Positions 9,390-19,669 of a stretch of DNA of 64,000 nt are shown here, piece after piece (position 1 is the stretch's first letter; the number at the start of each line of letters is the position of its first letter). The stretch comes from a virus. A program made the translations under genes and the position numbers. Under the pieces are notes generated by a model. That model did no database searches and was not told the origin of the DNA. It saw nothing but the letters and a program-made list of their open reading frames with translations. The stretch lies in the IMG/VR virus record IMGVR_UViG_3300021185_002806; one strand, 5' to 3'.

Positions 9390-10993
9390 TATTTTATACC
9401 TATCAACATAAACCTATTGTATCGGTCACAATCTTTGGTTCCAACAAATAGTATTTCAGACATTATATACTTTTCTTGCAATTCTGTCAAGTCATTAACA
9501 GTGTTTATATGTTCATCAATTTCATGGAAATCATTCGTTTGTATAGCTACAACTGTGCCTGGTTTGATTTTATTAAACCATTCTTCTGTCATATGTTCTG
9601 CACTTGTATTGATAACTAAGTCATGTTTATCATAATCGTAGTCATATGCGTCTTCTACTAAGCCTGAGTACGTATTATTGAACTGATTAAGTTTGTTACT
9701 AAATTTTATTGCTTCTGGATCCATATCAATATTTGTAATATGATGTACAATATTTCTTTTGTGTGTCCAGAATGTCGATATACCCAACCAACCACCTATG
9801 AATACTGCATCTTCAAAGCGTCTATTTAACTTAACTAAATTATCAATTAACCATGTTTTGCTTTCTACTTGATAATTAGAATGTGCGTCTACGATGTTTA
9901 CTTCTGGAGCTTCCTTGAATGCTCCCATTAACATACCAAAATATGGATCTTGTTCTGTATTAAAGTACTCATACATGAAATGGATACATCTTTCAGGGTT
10001 GAATCTATTCTTTATACCACTGTAAAGATATTGTAAAAATATTTGTAAATGTTCAGACTTATATTTCTTATCCCATATAAGTTTTTCTATAGCATTAAAT
10101 ACGTGGTCTTGGTTGCTATCAATAACAGCCAATCTCATTAATTCTAAGTCTTCTACATTTGGATGATTTGTCCACTCAGCATATCGTTGAATACCATTTA
10201 GCATATATCTACCATCAGGGTATGTCGTATCGAATTCGACTATTGGTTGTGCCTTCCAATTCTTTCTTTGCTTAAACCAAGTGTTCAACCATTTCCAATT
10301 ATTAATTCTGTGTAACTTATCACCTTTGCCCACGTTAACAGTACCATAATTTTCGCCCATTATGGCCCCTAATAAGATTTCTGCACGAAATCCTACATCC
10401 TCTAATGGGGTCTTCCATTCTTTTAATTTGGTTCTTCTATCTTGTGTTGCAATGCCACTTGCTAGTTTAGTGCTTTCTCTAAATGCACCTTTCCACGCAT
10501 TAAAGGCTGTTGTATTAAAACGTGTTTCATTAGAAACATGTTCTATTGGTAAGTAAGGAAATCCACGCCTTGCTACTTCTGATGTAACATCAACACCTGG
10601 AAACTCTACATGAGCCCAAGCCTTATCAAAGAATGCTTCACGGGCAAATAGCTTAACACCGCCGTAGCCGTATGTCATTCCTGTTGCTGGATTTGTTGCT
10701 CTCCAAACATGTGTGCATTGTGCTGAACATGTTTCGGGATATACTTCATCTGTTGTGCTTGGTATATATGAAAAGTCGAAATCATCAACAATCCATGCAT
10801 CGCCATCTACAACAAAGAAATGGTCAGTCTTTGATTGTCTTGCACATTCTTTATGAGCATTATAGATACCATCTACGTCTGCTACATTAACCACACGTTG
10901 TGGGAAACCTGACCTGTCTTTTATTCTGTCATAGTTTTCTTGTGAAAAATCGTTCTTATATGTTAGATAGAATATATCCAATAATGGTTGCAT
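9389..10993 (-). CDS. glycosyltransferase-like N-domain fused to SAM-methyltransferase-like C-domain
   Basis: FFVVDGDA (DxD) and YGYGGVK in N-half; FIGGWLG, IDMDP, INTSAEH in C-half. Confidence 0.65.
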   Translation of the reverse strand: MQPLLDIFYLTYKNDFSQENYDRIKDRSGFPQRVVNVADVDGIYNAHKECARQSKTDHFFVVDGDAWIVDDFDFSYIPSTTDEVYPETCSAQCTHVWRATNPATGMTYGYGGVKLFAREAFFDKAWAHVEFPGVDVTSEVARRGFPYLPIEHVSNETRFNTTAFNAWKGAFRESTKLASGIATQDRRTKLKEWKTPLEDVGFRAEILLGAIMGENYGTVNVGKGDKLHRINNWKWLNTWFKQRKNWKAQPIVEFDTTYPDGRYMLNGIQRYAEWTNHPNVEDLELMRLAVIDSNQDHVFNAIEKLIWDKKYKSEHLQIFLQYLYSGIKNRFNPERCIHFMYEYFNTEQDPYFGMLMGAFKEAPEVNIVDAHSNYQVESKTWLIDNLVKLNRRFEDAVFIGGWLGISTFWTHKRNIVHHITNIDMDPEAIKFSNKLNQFNNTYSGLVEDAYDYDYDKHDLVINTSAEHMTEEWFNKIKPGTVVAIQTNDFHEIDEHINTVNDLTELQEKYIMSEILFVGTKDCDRYNRFMLIGIK

Positions 10994-10996
10994 GAC

Positions 10997-11320
10997 CTAG
11001 TTTACATCATCTGGCTTTGTTTCACTAGTTCCTAACATTGCTTCTGGATCACCCATCCAAATCTCGGTTTCTTCACCATCTATGTCAACGGTCATTGATT
11101 CTGTCCATCTTGCATGTTCCATTAGTACCCACTGTCCGGCTACTACTGATTCTTGCTCAGGTCCCACTGCATAGACTTGCGCCCAACGTGGTCTAATGCC
11201 ACGCTCGCCTGCTGACATTTTAGAATCATCTAAAACGATAACTCCGCCTTTTGTTGTTTTTTCCCCTTTATCCAAGTTCTTCAAAAGAACTCGGTCCCTG
11301 ATTGGTCTTAAACTCGCCAT
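10997..11320 (-). CDS. groES: co-chaperonin GroES-like
   Basis: LRPIRDRVL, TKGGVIV, VYAVGP. Confidence 0.9.
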   Translation of the reverse strand: MASLRPIRDRVLLKNLDKGEKTTKGGVIVLDDSKMSAGERGIRPRWAQVYAVGPEQESVVAGQWVLMEHARWTESMTVDIDGEETEIWMGDPEAMLGTSETKPDDVN

Positions 11321-11328
11321 GTTTTCCT

Positions 11329-11760
11329 CTATTTCTTTTTAGATGTTTTTTTTGAAGTCTTCTTAACTTCTGATGCTTTTACAAAATTACCTTCTTCGTC
11401 TTCTACCCAATCTTCTTCTGTAACTTCCTCAGCTACTGGATCAGGTTCAGTAATAGTTTCAGTTTCGACAACTGGCTCTACCCAATCATCTTCTGTTTGC
11501 TTTGGTGCATCCTGTTGTGTCCTTGCCGCATCATCTTCATTATCGATTTTTATGGATGATTTAACTACCGCACGTGGATTATTTACGTTATAATGTTCAC
11601 GTGCAATTTCATCGGCAGATTTTATAACTCTACCACCACGACCCAATTGGTCGCCTCGGGCATTAGTAGACGTATTGCCTACTGAGATATTCTTTTCCGA
11701 TTTCGCCATCAGTTTAGCAAGGTCTACATTGATGCCACGCATACTTTTATATTGTTTCAT
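11329..11760 (-). CDS. hypothetical protein
   Basis: VGNxxxNARGDxLG motif typical of large phages; acidic tail. Confidence 0.7.
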   Translation of the reverse strand: MKQYKSMRGINVDLAKLMAKSEKNISVGNTSTNARGDQLGRGGRVIKSADEIAREHYNVNNPRAVVKSSIKIDNEDDAARTQQDAPKQTEDDWVEPVVETETITEPDPVAEEVTEEDWVEDEEGNFVKASEVKKTSKKTSKKK

Positions 11761-11975
11761 TGTATATCCTCGTTTTCATTTATTTCAAAAACTTTTTTTA
11801 ATAAAGTTTTTATTTGTGTTTCGACATAATTCTTCTTATCATGTCTTTTTACAAATGGGTTATTTGACTCATACGAATTATGAATTTGATTAGTTGCACA
11901 TTTTACCAGACGTTCTTCTTTTGACGTTAAACAACGTTTGCTATTAGGAAATCTAACTATTGTATCATTTGTCAT
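11757..11975 (-). CDS. hypothetical protein
   Basis: Translationally coupled ORF. Confidence 0.6.
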   Translation of the reverse strand: MTNDTIVRFPNSKRCLTSKEERLVKCATNQIHNSYESNNPFVKRHDKKNYVETQIKTLLKKVFEINENEDIQ

Positions 11976-12535
11976 TTTAAAAACTCATTTATATCCAACT
12001 CGTATTTGATGCTATCAACTTTGTGTATACCTATTAAGTATAGCACATAACTGGCAACACTACTTCCTCTGCCGACACCCCATATAATATTGTTCTTTCT
12101 CAGTGTATCAACAATATAAACGCATACTTTAAGTACGTCTATTATACCGTATTTATCATATAAATATAACTCATTGCACGTTCTGTTCATTTGAGGCAAA
12201 TCATCAGGACATTTATCTAATACGTAATTCCATATGTCCATATTCTTGTATTCGTCAGGAATAAACCATTCTTTCTGATTTTCATTATCAAATTCAGCTA
12301 TTTCCTTAGATAATTTCTGTATGGGTTGAATTAAGTCTTTTTCAACATTATTTAATGATAATGCTTTATTGTACTTTTCAATATCATCATGCCACTCCAT
12401 TTCAGTGACTTTAGATATGTCTTCGCCATTATAAAGCATTTCGTATAAATCTTGACGATTATATACGATTCTTCCGTACTGGTCTTTAAGACCGTCAATC
12501 TTTGATGATTTTAGGTTTCCAGCCATTAATGTCAA
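11972..12535 (-). CDS. DNA polymerase III alpha (DnaE)-like fragment
   Basis: WGVGRGSSVASYVLYLIGIHKVDS matches the DnaE GRGS region; only 187 aa. Confidence 0.85.
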   Translation of the reverse strand: MTLMAGNLKSSKIDGLKDQYGRIVYNRQDLYEMLYNGEDISKVTEMEWHDDIEKYNKALSLNNVEKDLIQPIQKLSKEIAEFDNENQKEWFIPDEYKNMDIWNYVLDKCPDDLPQMNRTCNELYLYDKYGIIDVLKVCVYIVDTLRKNNIIWGVGRGSSVASYVLYLIGIHKVDSIKYELDINEFLK

Positions 12536-13157
12536 CTACTTCTCCGCCGTCGGGTTTCAATTCTAATTCTCCCATAGTTAATTTATCTATAGTATCTAAT
12601 ATAGTATCAAATTCTGGAGGGTTTGTCAAGTCCGTATTTTCATTTACTTCATAATCTTGTGTTTCTACGGTTCCTCTTGACCACCATGGGTAGTTATAAT
12701 AGTAATTTTCGTGTCCTATCCAGTCTTTTAGTGTTGGTAACGCTGGATAATTAATGTCTGCATATGTATATGACATCTTGGGATTAGTGTATGTACTTCC
12801 AATAGTCACTGATACGATTTCAATGTCATTCTCGCATATTGCATTTAGCTTCGCATGTAATGTCATTGCTATGATATCGCTCGTAGGCACAAATGGAAAT
12901 ACTACTACTTTATTCTTTAGATGCATCATATCAATGGTAGATGCCTTATGGGTAAAAATAGATTGGTGTAGTATATCTTCAACAAAATACTTCATTTTTA
13001 AAAATGCCGCATTTCCTTTAGCTATTTCTGGAGTGTTCCAAGCAAAATCTATTTTAATATTAAAAGTATCACTTAGTAAAAATGGGTCTGCCTGCATCAT
13101 TGTGACACTAAACTTTGCTTCGTATGTTGTGTAACTATTTACATATTCGTCTGTCAA
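12495..13157 (-). CDS. hypothetical protein
   Basis: Long coupled ORF. Confidence 0.7.
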   Translation of the reverse strand: MTDEYVNSYTTYEAKFSVTMMQADPFLLSDTFNIKIDFAWNTPEIAKGNAAFLKMKYFVEDILHQSIFTHKASTIDMMHLKNKVVVFPFVPTSDIIAMTLHAKLNAICENDIEIVSVTIGSTYTNPKMSYTYADINYPALPTLKDWIGHENYYYNYPWWSRGTVETQDYEVNENTDLTNPPEFDTILDTIDKLTMGELELKPDGGEVVDINGWKPKIIKD

Positions 13158-13158
13158 T

Positions 13159-13551
13159 TTATACCTCTGTTTTATTGGCTATTAGGTTTTGGTCTGTTAT
13201 TTTACCTTCCATTACAAAGTATGTGCCTTGCTGGTGGTCAGCTTCATTAATTGTGTAAAAATCATACATTAAAAACATTTTAGGGAATTCTGCACTTATT
13301 TTCAATATATATTTTATCAAATCTAATTTCCCCCCAAATGTCTCAAAATGCAATATATCATGTCCTATATCAAATTTCATAATCTTGATGTTAAATAATG
13401 GATGCCATTGATTGTACCAATCTTTATCCATGTATTCAACGAATTTAGTTATTGTAACATCATCACAATCACATGTCAAGCTATGATATACGTTTGTTAT
13501 CCTTTGTGGTTTCTTCGCCGGTACCGGTAAGTTCTCCGTCGTCTGATTCAT
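13159..13551 (-). CDS. hypothetical protein
   Basis: ORF in operon. Confidence 0.6.
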   Translation of the reverse strand: MNQTTENLPVPAKKPQRITNVYHSLTCDCDDVTITKFVEYMDKDWYNQWHPLFNIKIMKFDIGHDILHFETFGGKLDLIKYILKISAEFPKMFLMYDFYTINEADHQQGTYFVMEGKITDQNLIANKTEV

Positions 13552-13777
13552 TGTCTTCTCCTATAACCATAGAATTTGGAGTTTTTTGATTTATTATCTC
13601 AAATCTCATTTTTTCAAAGCGTTCTGAATATTCTAGTTTCAACTCCTCTAAATGATGTTGTAACTGTTCCAGAACATGTTCTTGTCCCAAGCGATAAGCG
13701 ATTTCCATCTTAGATTGCAAATCAGTTATCTTCTTATCTAGGTCCTCTTCGGAAAGACTTTTATAATCTGTGTACAT
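13481..13777 (-). CDS. hypothetical protein
   Basis: ORF with helical N-terminus. Confidence 0.65.
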   Translation of the reverse strand: MYTDYKSLSEEDLDKKITDLQSKMEIAYRLGQEHVLEQLQHHLEELKLEYSERFEKMRFEIINQKTPNSMVIGEDNESDDGELTGTGEETTKDNKRIS

Positions 13778-13803
13778 AATATTTACTCTCTATTTACAAG
13801 TAT

Positions 13804-15066
13804 TTAGTCAAAATAATTTTGCATTCCGCCTTCTCTGACAGTATCAACTGTTAAGCAATGCAGTCCTGCATCCCAAAAGTTTCTATGTCTAAATCGGCAA
13901 TATACAGGTTCGATATTGTGCTGTTTTAATTTGTCATTTACTTCCTTCTGATAATTCATTGATAATATTACGTTAGGTGAAACGCTTAACATATTCACTT
14001 CAAATATTGATTCTTCTGCTAGGCCTACCCATTTGGATAGCCATGAATTTACATATTTAGAAAAATCAGGATTAGCATCACTTTCAGGATGCCACCATCT
14101 TCCTGCATTTTGTTTCTTTTGATGTCCCCAACCTTTACCAAAATCATCAGTCATTATTGCTGGGTTTTCTATAGTCATTATATCCCATCCAGGAAAAGTT
14201 TTAGCAAATATATTTTTATCTACCCATGGCGCACAAATTACTAACCCCGGTTTAGGTGTGCAAAATGTACCATCGTTGTGTCCGCCAATTGCTACAGTTG
14301 GTGTTTTAAATTGTGGATACATATGGCCTAAAATAATATTTAAGTTTTGCACATCTTCCGTATCTACGATTAATCTATCTCCGCATCTTGTGACAGTAGG
14401 TGCCCAAAACTGTTGTGTGTTTGCTCTGTATCTTTCAAACATGTCTCCTTCGCTTTCTGCTATAACTTTTCTTTTATAACCTTGTGCGTCAAGCCATTCA
14501 ACAGGAAGTCCATTTTCTTCCATATTTTGTATTGATGGTCGCAACTCTCCTATCTTGTTTTTTCCAACACTCAATCTTGTATCTAAAACCTTAGGGTCAA
14601 TCAGCGCCTGTCCGCCTTCTTGTAGTTGTTCTATTTGATTAAATCCGTTTGTATATAGAAGTTTATCTCCCATCGATATAAAAAAATCTCTAGGCGATAA
14701 GCAAGGTTTAGGAATACCATGTCCGCCAAACCGGGCTTTCCTAGTCATACCTGAACAATGTTTAGCATGTGCAACCCATTCCATAACTGTTTTAAAGTCT
14801 GAAACATTTGCTTCTCCTTCTGCTAAATCTGATAACATTGTCATATTTGCAGGAGTTCTAATAACATCTATTCCCATATCTTCCATGGTTTTTTGAATGC
14901 CATCTAAATCTTCATGGGTCTCGTAAAGTATCTGTTGTACTAAGTCCCGAGTTTTTGTATCAGGCAAATCTTCAAAAAATTCAGGTTCAAATACATTACC
15001 TAATATAACTTGTTTTAATGGATCCCAACCATTATAAGAATTAATTTTGTTTACTCTATAATTCAT
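13804..15066 (-). CDS. amidinotransferase-family protein (copy 1)
   Basis: NSYNGWDPLKQVILG, SPRD, GHNDG, C-terminal GLHCLT; catalytic Asp/His/Cys present. Confidence 0.85.
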   Translation of the reverse strand: MNYRVNKINSYNGWDPLKQVILGNVFEPEFFEDLPDTKTRDLVQQILYETHEDLDGIQKTMEDMGIDVIRTPANMTMLSDLAEGEANVSDFKTVMEWVAHAKHCSGMTRKARFGGHGIPKPCLSPRDFFISMGDKLLYTNGFNQIEQLQEGGQALIDPKVLDTRLSVGKNKIGELRPSIQNMEENGLPVEWLDAQGYKRKVIAESEGDMFERYRANTQQFWAPTVTRCGDRLIVDTEDVQNLNIILGHMYPQFKTPTVAIGGHNDGTFCTPKPGLVICAPWVDKNIFAKTFPGWDIMTIENPAIMTDDFGKGWGHQKKQNAGRWWHPESDANPDFSKYVNSWLSKWVGLAEESIFEVNMLSVSPNVILSMNYQKEVNDKLKQHNIEPVYCRFRHRNFWDAGLHCLTVDTVREGGMQNYFD

Positions 15067-15388
15067 CTGGAAAATCTCTGTATAAAAAATGTTGTATTGT
15101 TTCAACATCTACCATGTGATTAAATCCGTGATGTTCATTTTCTATATTTTCTTCATTTCGTAGTACACCAGTCATTGCGTTATCAAGCTGTTGCATGTTT
15201 TTGAATTCCATATCGATACGAAATTCAGGTAAGTCCATAGAACGAAATCCTAATTTCATTCGTGTAAGTCTGTAGCTTTCCATATGCCCTAGTTCTACCA
15301 TCTTGTCTAAAAATAATTTCATTTTTTTAGCAAAATGATGAGCATCTATTTTTGCATTATGGTCAGCATAGATTGTATATACATCCAT
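15056..15388 (-). CDS. DUF6614-like dimeric alpha/beta barrel protein
   Basis: YRLTRMKLGFRSMDLPEFRIDMEF...LYRDFPD. Confidence 0.6.
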   Translation of the reverse strand: MDVYTIYADHNAKIDAHHFAKKMKLFLDKMVELGHMESYRLTRMKLGFRSMDLPEFRIDMEFKNMQQLDNAMTGVLRNEENIENEHHGFNHMVDVETIQHFLYRDFPDEL

Positions 15389-15813
15389 TAAATTGGTCCT
15401 AATATCTCAAAGCCTTTGATTTGTTTTTTATAGGTATGTGCTTCGCCTAAATACAAATACTTATAGCCTTTATCTTTATATATTGCACATTCATTTCTTA
15501 AACTTTTTATACCTAAATGCAATTTAGGAGTTTCGTAATCCCAAGCAAACTGTAGTGCTTCAACGCTTTCATGGTCTTGTATCATAATACAACTGAATGC
15601 AACAAGTTTATCTTCTTCATCGTAGTATCCAATAATATCATTTTGCAAATAATCATTATCGAACATAGGCATTACACTTTTAAAACCTTTGTATCTACAA
15701 TACTTTTTATATATTTCGTTAAGTTCAGGTATATTTGGATTTTTTAAAAATTTACAATTTAGCAAAACAGAATAATTAGTTTGTTCTAAATCTATCCGGG
15801 CATAAGTTGTCAT
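15388..15813 (-). CDS. aminoacyl-tRNA-protein transferase (ATE1/Bpt C-terminal domain)-like GNAT protein
   Basis: IYKKY, KLVAFS, FAWDY...LGIKSL, GYKYLYLG, YK: the ATE_C motif order. Confidence 0.65.
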   Translation of the reverse strand: MTTYARIDLEQTNYSVLLNCKFLKNPNIPELNEIYKKYCRYKGFKSVMPMFDNDYLQNDIIGYYDEEDKLVAFSCIMIQDHESVEALQFAWDYETPKLHLGIKSLRNECAIYKDKGYKYLYLGEAHTYKKQIKGFEILGPI

Positions 15814-15840
15814 ATTGTAACTCCTAGTTACATCTATTTA

Positions 15841-16323
15841 TTATTTCTGAAATCGCCATCTTACAACATCATCATAGTTTTCTTTTGGCCAATTATCATA
15901 ATACCCTTGGTTCTTTAAAATTTCACTTGCATTATTTAACTTCGATAGTCTTTGCACTAATACCAATATGCATTTACCAAAATTCATTGATGCACCATTT
16001 AATATTTCTGGATCATTGGGATGGTCTTCTAGTGCTACTATATCCTTAGACATTGCAATATCATTAAAGTCTGTTACCATGGTTGAAAGTTCTTTTGGAG
16101 TCAAATCTTCTGTTGGACAATAAACAACAACAACCTCATATTTGTCATCCCAATTATCAACGAGAGAATCAATCAGAGGTGATATAGTATGCTTTCCTAC
16201 TGAGACATAATTGATTCTCTCTTTGAGCATGGCCTGTTTCGCAAAAGGACATGGCACTTGCCCAATCTGGTCATTGTGCGTTGACACAAATTCTTCAATC
16301 CATTTTTTAATTTCTGAAATCAA
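15841..16323 (-). CDS. DUF1415-like protein
   Basis: W.E.FV...CPFAK, DHP, LVQRLSKL. Confidence 0.6.
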   Translation of the reverse strand: MISEIKKWIEEFVSTHNDQIGQVPCPFAKQAMLKERINYVSVGKHTISPLIDSLVDNWDDKYEVVVVYCPTEDLTPKELSTMVTDFNDIAMSKDIVALEDHPNDPEILNGASMNFGKCILVLVQRLSKLNNASEILKNQGYYDNWPKENYDDVVRWRFQK

Positions 16324-16730
16324 AGGTCGCCCTCTTTGCGATTTTCTGAATAGTGAACGTCAAACTCACCACCGGGATATCGTGCTTTTAGCTTTTCTAC
16401 ATTCTCTGCTAAAACTTCATTAGGGTCCAAACCCAATGCACGACAACTATTAACCCAATACCACATAATATCACCAAGTTCTCGTTTAGCGTGAAAGATA
16501 GTCTCGCTATCAAGTGGTTTACCTTGAAATATACATTTTTTAACAATCTCTGCAAACTCTCCTCCTTCTGACGCAATACCAATTGCACCTGTCATAAGCA
16601 ATGCCATATTGACACCTGTTTCTTTATCAAGGTTTTTAAGTGTAGAAGTTAGTGCATCTGTATTGCCTGACTGTTCGGATGTTACCTCTTGTACAAAATC
16701 TTTGTACTTGTTCAAGTCTACTTGTTTCAT
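16320..16730 (-). CDS. MazG-like nucleotide pyrophosphohydrolase
   Basis: SEGGEFAEIVKK...ELGDIMWY...NVEKLKARYP. Confidence 0.9.
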   Translation of the reverse strand: MKQVDLNKYKDFVQEVTSEQSGNTDALTSTLKNLDKETGVNMALLMTGAIGIASEGGEFAEIVKKCIFQGKPLDSETIFHAKRELGDIMWYWVNSCRALGLDPNEVLAENVEKLKARYPGGEFDVHYSENRKEGDL

Positions 16731-16768
16731 TTTAATTCCTTTACTACTAGTATAAGATTTATTATATA

Positions 16769-19630
16769 CTATTCAGTATCAGAAGTCAATAACAAAGTGT
16801 CCCCGCCTATAGCTGTTGTGTTAATACTTATATGCTTTTCCCATACATATGGAGTTAAATAATTAGGTCCACCTGCTTTAGGACCTGTTCCACTTAAACC
16901 TGATCCACCAAATGGCTGTGTCTCTATGACTGCTCCGATTTGGTCTCTATTTACATAAACATTTCCTACATTCAATGTCTTTGCAATATGTTCATAAAAT
17001 CTATTAACACGTGAATGAACACTCAGTGTTAATCCAAATTTACTTTTGTTTATAAAATCTAATATCTCTGGTAACTCAGACTTTTCGTAAACATACACAT
17101 GCAATACTGGGCCAAAGATTTCTTCATCAAAATATTTCTTATAATCTGATACAGTATATGCACATGGTGGGACAACTAGATTTGGTAAAGTTTTTCCATT
17201 ACGTGATTTCATTGCAATAAGTTCTTCTGTTTCTTCCAGTACCCCAATACGTGCTTGAATACGTGAATATGCCGGTCCATCGATAACCCTAGATATATCT
17301 GTATTCAAATCATCTGCATGTCCAAGTGTCATTACTTTTATCTTTTGTGCTAACATGCGAATAACTTCCGCACTATTATCTTTTTGAACAAAGAGAAATC
17401 TGGTCGCACTGCATCGTTGTCCTGCACTATCAAATGCACCATATGTAACATCTTCTACTACTTGCTCTGGTAAACATGTTGAATCTGTTATCATACAGTT
17501 TATGCCACCTGTTTCTGCGATAAACGGTATAATGGGACCATCACGTTCTGCAATTAACCTTTGAATGGCTTTAGCACTACTATGAGAGCCTGTGAACGTT
17601 ACACCCGCTATACGCTCATCTTTGACAGCCATAGACGCACTCTCAATGCTAGGGTCACACATACGCAATGCATCTACTGGAATGCCAACATAATGCATAC
17701 TTGCAATCGCAACCTTGGCAATCTCAACTGTCTGTGGTGCTGGTTTTGCCAGTACTGTGTTTCCTGTAATCAATGCGGCTACTACTGGTCCTAAAAATAT
17801 CGCATAAGGGAAGTTCCATGGGGCAATCACCATCCAAACTCCACGTGGATTAACTAATGTAGTATTATGCTCTCCTGTATACCCCAACTTAACATCTACA
17901 TTGTACATTTTTTCTGCCTGTTCAACATAGTATCTTATGAAGTCGATTGTTTCTCTTACTTCTGCTATTGCGTTAGGATATGTTTTATAAGAATATTTTA
18001 CAAGTCTATTTGCCGCACTAACCATTTCTGCTTCTATACTGTCTGCACATGCTAATAGTAATTTCTTTCTGTGTTCAAATGTTGTATTGGCCCATTGGGG
18101 CTGATAGTTTTCTAAAAGTGTTATCGTATCTTTTACTGAAATTACTTCTTCATCGTGTGGAGGATGCGTTGGCGAATCCAACATGTAATCAATCATTGCA
18201 GGATCTGATAGGTCGTAACCTTTGCTATTCTTTCTTCCAGGATATAATTGATCCCAAGTTTTTAATGATGTTTTTTTCTTTTTGACTTCTATAAATGGGT
18301 CAGTCACTTCTAAGCTATATACAAAACTAGTGTTTGCCCCATTTTCTAATAATCGTCTTATTAGGTATGCAAGTAAATCTTTGTACTCTCCTACCGGAGC
18401 ATAAATTCTAATTTTATGATTTGATGTTTTTCTTATGTAATCAAATAAACTATTTCCCATACCAAACAATTTTTGAAATTCAAAGTCTTCATTGCAATCA
18501 TTACAGTTTTTTAATGCATGAATAATTGCTGATACAGTATATGGATTATGTGTTGCAAATGCACTTTTTAAATTTTTAGATTGTACTAATTTTCTAGCAC
18601 ATGCTAGATAAGATATGTCCGTATTTTCTTTTCTAGTAAATACTGGGTATTCTAGTCCATCTTGTTGAGCGTATTTTATCTCAGTATCCCAATATGCACC
18701 TTTAACGAGCCGTATAACTACCCTTGTGTCGTTATGCTCTGCTATTGTCTGTAAGGTATTAATAGTCCAAAATGCACGTTTCTGATAAGCCTGTAGAGCA
18801 AATCCAACAGTATCATTTTTAAATTTATAAGTTGTTAATAATTCTTCTAATACCATAATACTAATATCTAGTCTACGTGCCTCTTCTGCATCGATAAACA
18901 TAGTAGTATTGTTTTCTTCGCATACTCTAGCTATAGCGGCTAATTTAGGTACTAGTGTGTGTAAAACATCTATGTGGTTCTTTAATTCGTATCTAGGGTG
19001 TATTGCGGACAGTTTTATAGATATAGACTCTTTTGATTTTGTTGCCGCCTCAAGATATCTTTCATAATATAAATTCGCATCTTCCCAATTTGTTGCGGCT
19101 TCGCCCAACATATCAAACGAATAAGTGTATCCAGGTTTTTTCTTTTTGATTGCAGTATCAATACTATTGCCCATAACAAATAATGTACCCATATGTTTTA
19201 CCATAGATTTTGTTATTTTTCTTACCGTTGGCCATCCAAGCCTAGCAACTATGCCTTCATATGCAGAAAGTTGTTGTGCCTGCGTCAAAGCGGTGCTGGC
19301 AACTTTAGAATAAAAACTATTATTTGCTAAGTTATTCCATTGAGCGTTTGATAACTTATCTTTTATAAGTTCATCCTGCGTATCACTATCTGGTGTTCGT
19401 AAAAGAGATTCACAAAGGGTCATAAGTGCCATACCTTCAGGTGCACTCATATCATATGACTTCATAATTTGAGTCAGGTAATGTTCTTCGGTAAGTTTAG
19501 ATTGAATTTGTTTGGCATCAGTCATAATAGACTGACGGTCTTTACTAGATAAACGACACGCAATTAATAGTTTTTCAACTATATCTAATTCGTTTTTTCT
19601 ATAATAGTCATTATGTGGATAACACTTCAT
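16769..19630 (-). CDS. putA: bifunctional proline dehydrogenase / P5C dehydrogenase
   Basis: SFDMLGE, SIKLS, RLVKGAYW, FATHN, YLIRRLLENGAN; ETGG, SAGQRCSA, EEIFGPVL, QPFGG. Confidence 0.97.
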   Translation of the reverse strand: MKCYPHNDYYRKNELDIVEKLLIACRLSSKDRQSIMTDAKQIQSKLTEEHYLTQIMKSYDMSAPEGMALMTLCESLLRTPDSDTQDELIKDKLSNAQWNNLANNSFYSKVASTALTQAQQLSAYEGIVARLGWPTVRKITKSMVKHMGTLFVMGNSIDTAIKKKKPGYTYSFDMLGEAATNWEDANLYYERYLEAATKSKESISIKLSAIHPRYELKNHIDVLHTLVPKLAAIARVCEENNTTMFIDAEEARRLDISIMVLEELLTTYKFKNDTVGFALQAYQKRAFWTINTLQTIAEHNDTRVVIRLVKGAYWDTEIKYAQQDGLEYPVFTRKENTDISYLACARKLVQSKNLKSAFATHNPYTVSAIIHALKNCNDCNEDFEFQKLFGMGNSLFDYIRKTSNHKIRIYAPVGEYKDLLAYLIRRLLENGANTSFVYSLEVTDPFIEVKKKKTSLKTWDQLYPGRKNSKGYDLSDPAMIDYMLDSPTHPPHDEEVISVKDTITLLENYQPQWANTTFEHRKKLLLACADSIEAEMVSAANRLVKYSYKTYPNAIAEVRETIDFIRYYVEQAEKMYNVDVKLGYTGEHNTTLVNPRGVWMVIAPWNFPYAIFLGPVVAALITGNTVLAKPAPQTVEIAKVAIASMHYVGIPVDALRMCDPSIESASMAVKDERIAGVTFTGSHSSAKAIQRLIAERDGPIIPFIAETGGINCMITDSTCLPEQVVEDVTYGAFDSAGQRCSATRFLFVQKDNSAEVIRMLAQKIKVMTLGHADDLNTDISRVIDGPAYSRIQARIGVLEETEELIAMKSRNGKTLPNLVVPPCAYTVSDYKKYFDEEIFGPVLHVYVYEKSELPEILDFINKSKFGLTLSVHSRVNRFYEHIAKTLNVGNVYVNRDQIGAVIETQPFGGSGLSGTGPKAGGPNYLTPYVWEKHISINTTAIGGDTLLLTSDTE

Positions 19631-19658
19631 TAAGTTCTCTTTGCTCTACTTATATATG

Positions 19659-19666
19659 TATTTATC
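19659..19666 (-). promoter_or_regulatory. T4-like late promoter GATAAATA (representative)
   Basis: Same octamer or C/A/T variant precedes many units: minus strand at 15835, 19892, 40498, 49650, 51450, 52382, 52911, 57276, 58892, 59058, 60096, 63362; plus strand at 29805, 34721, 53237. Confidence 0.8.
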
Positions 19667-19669
19667 TAC

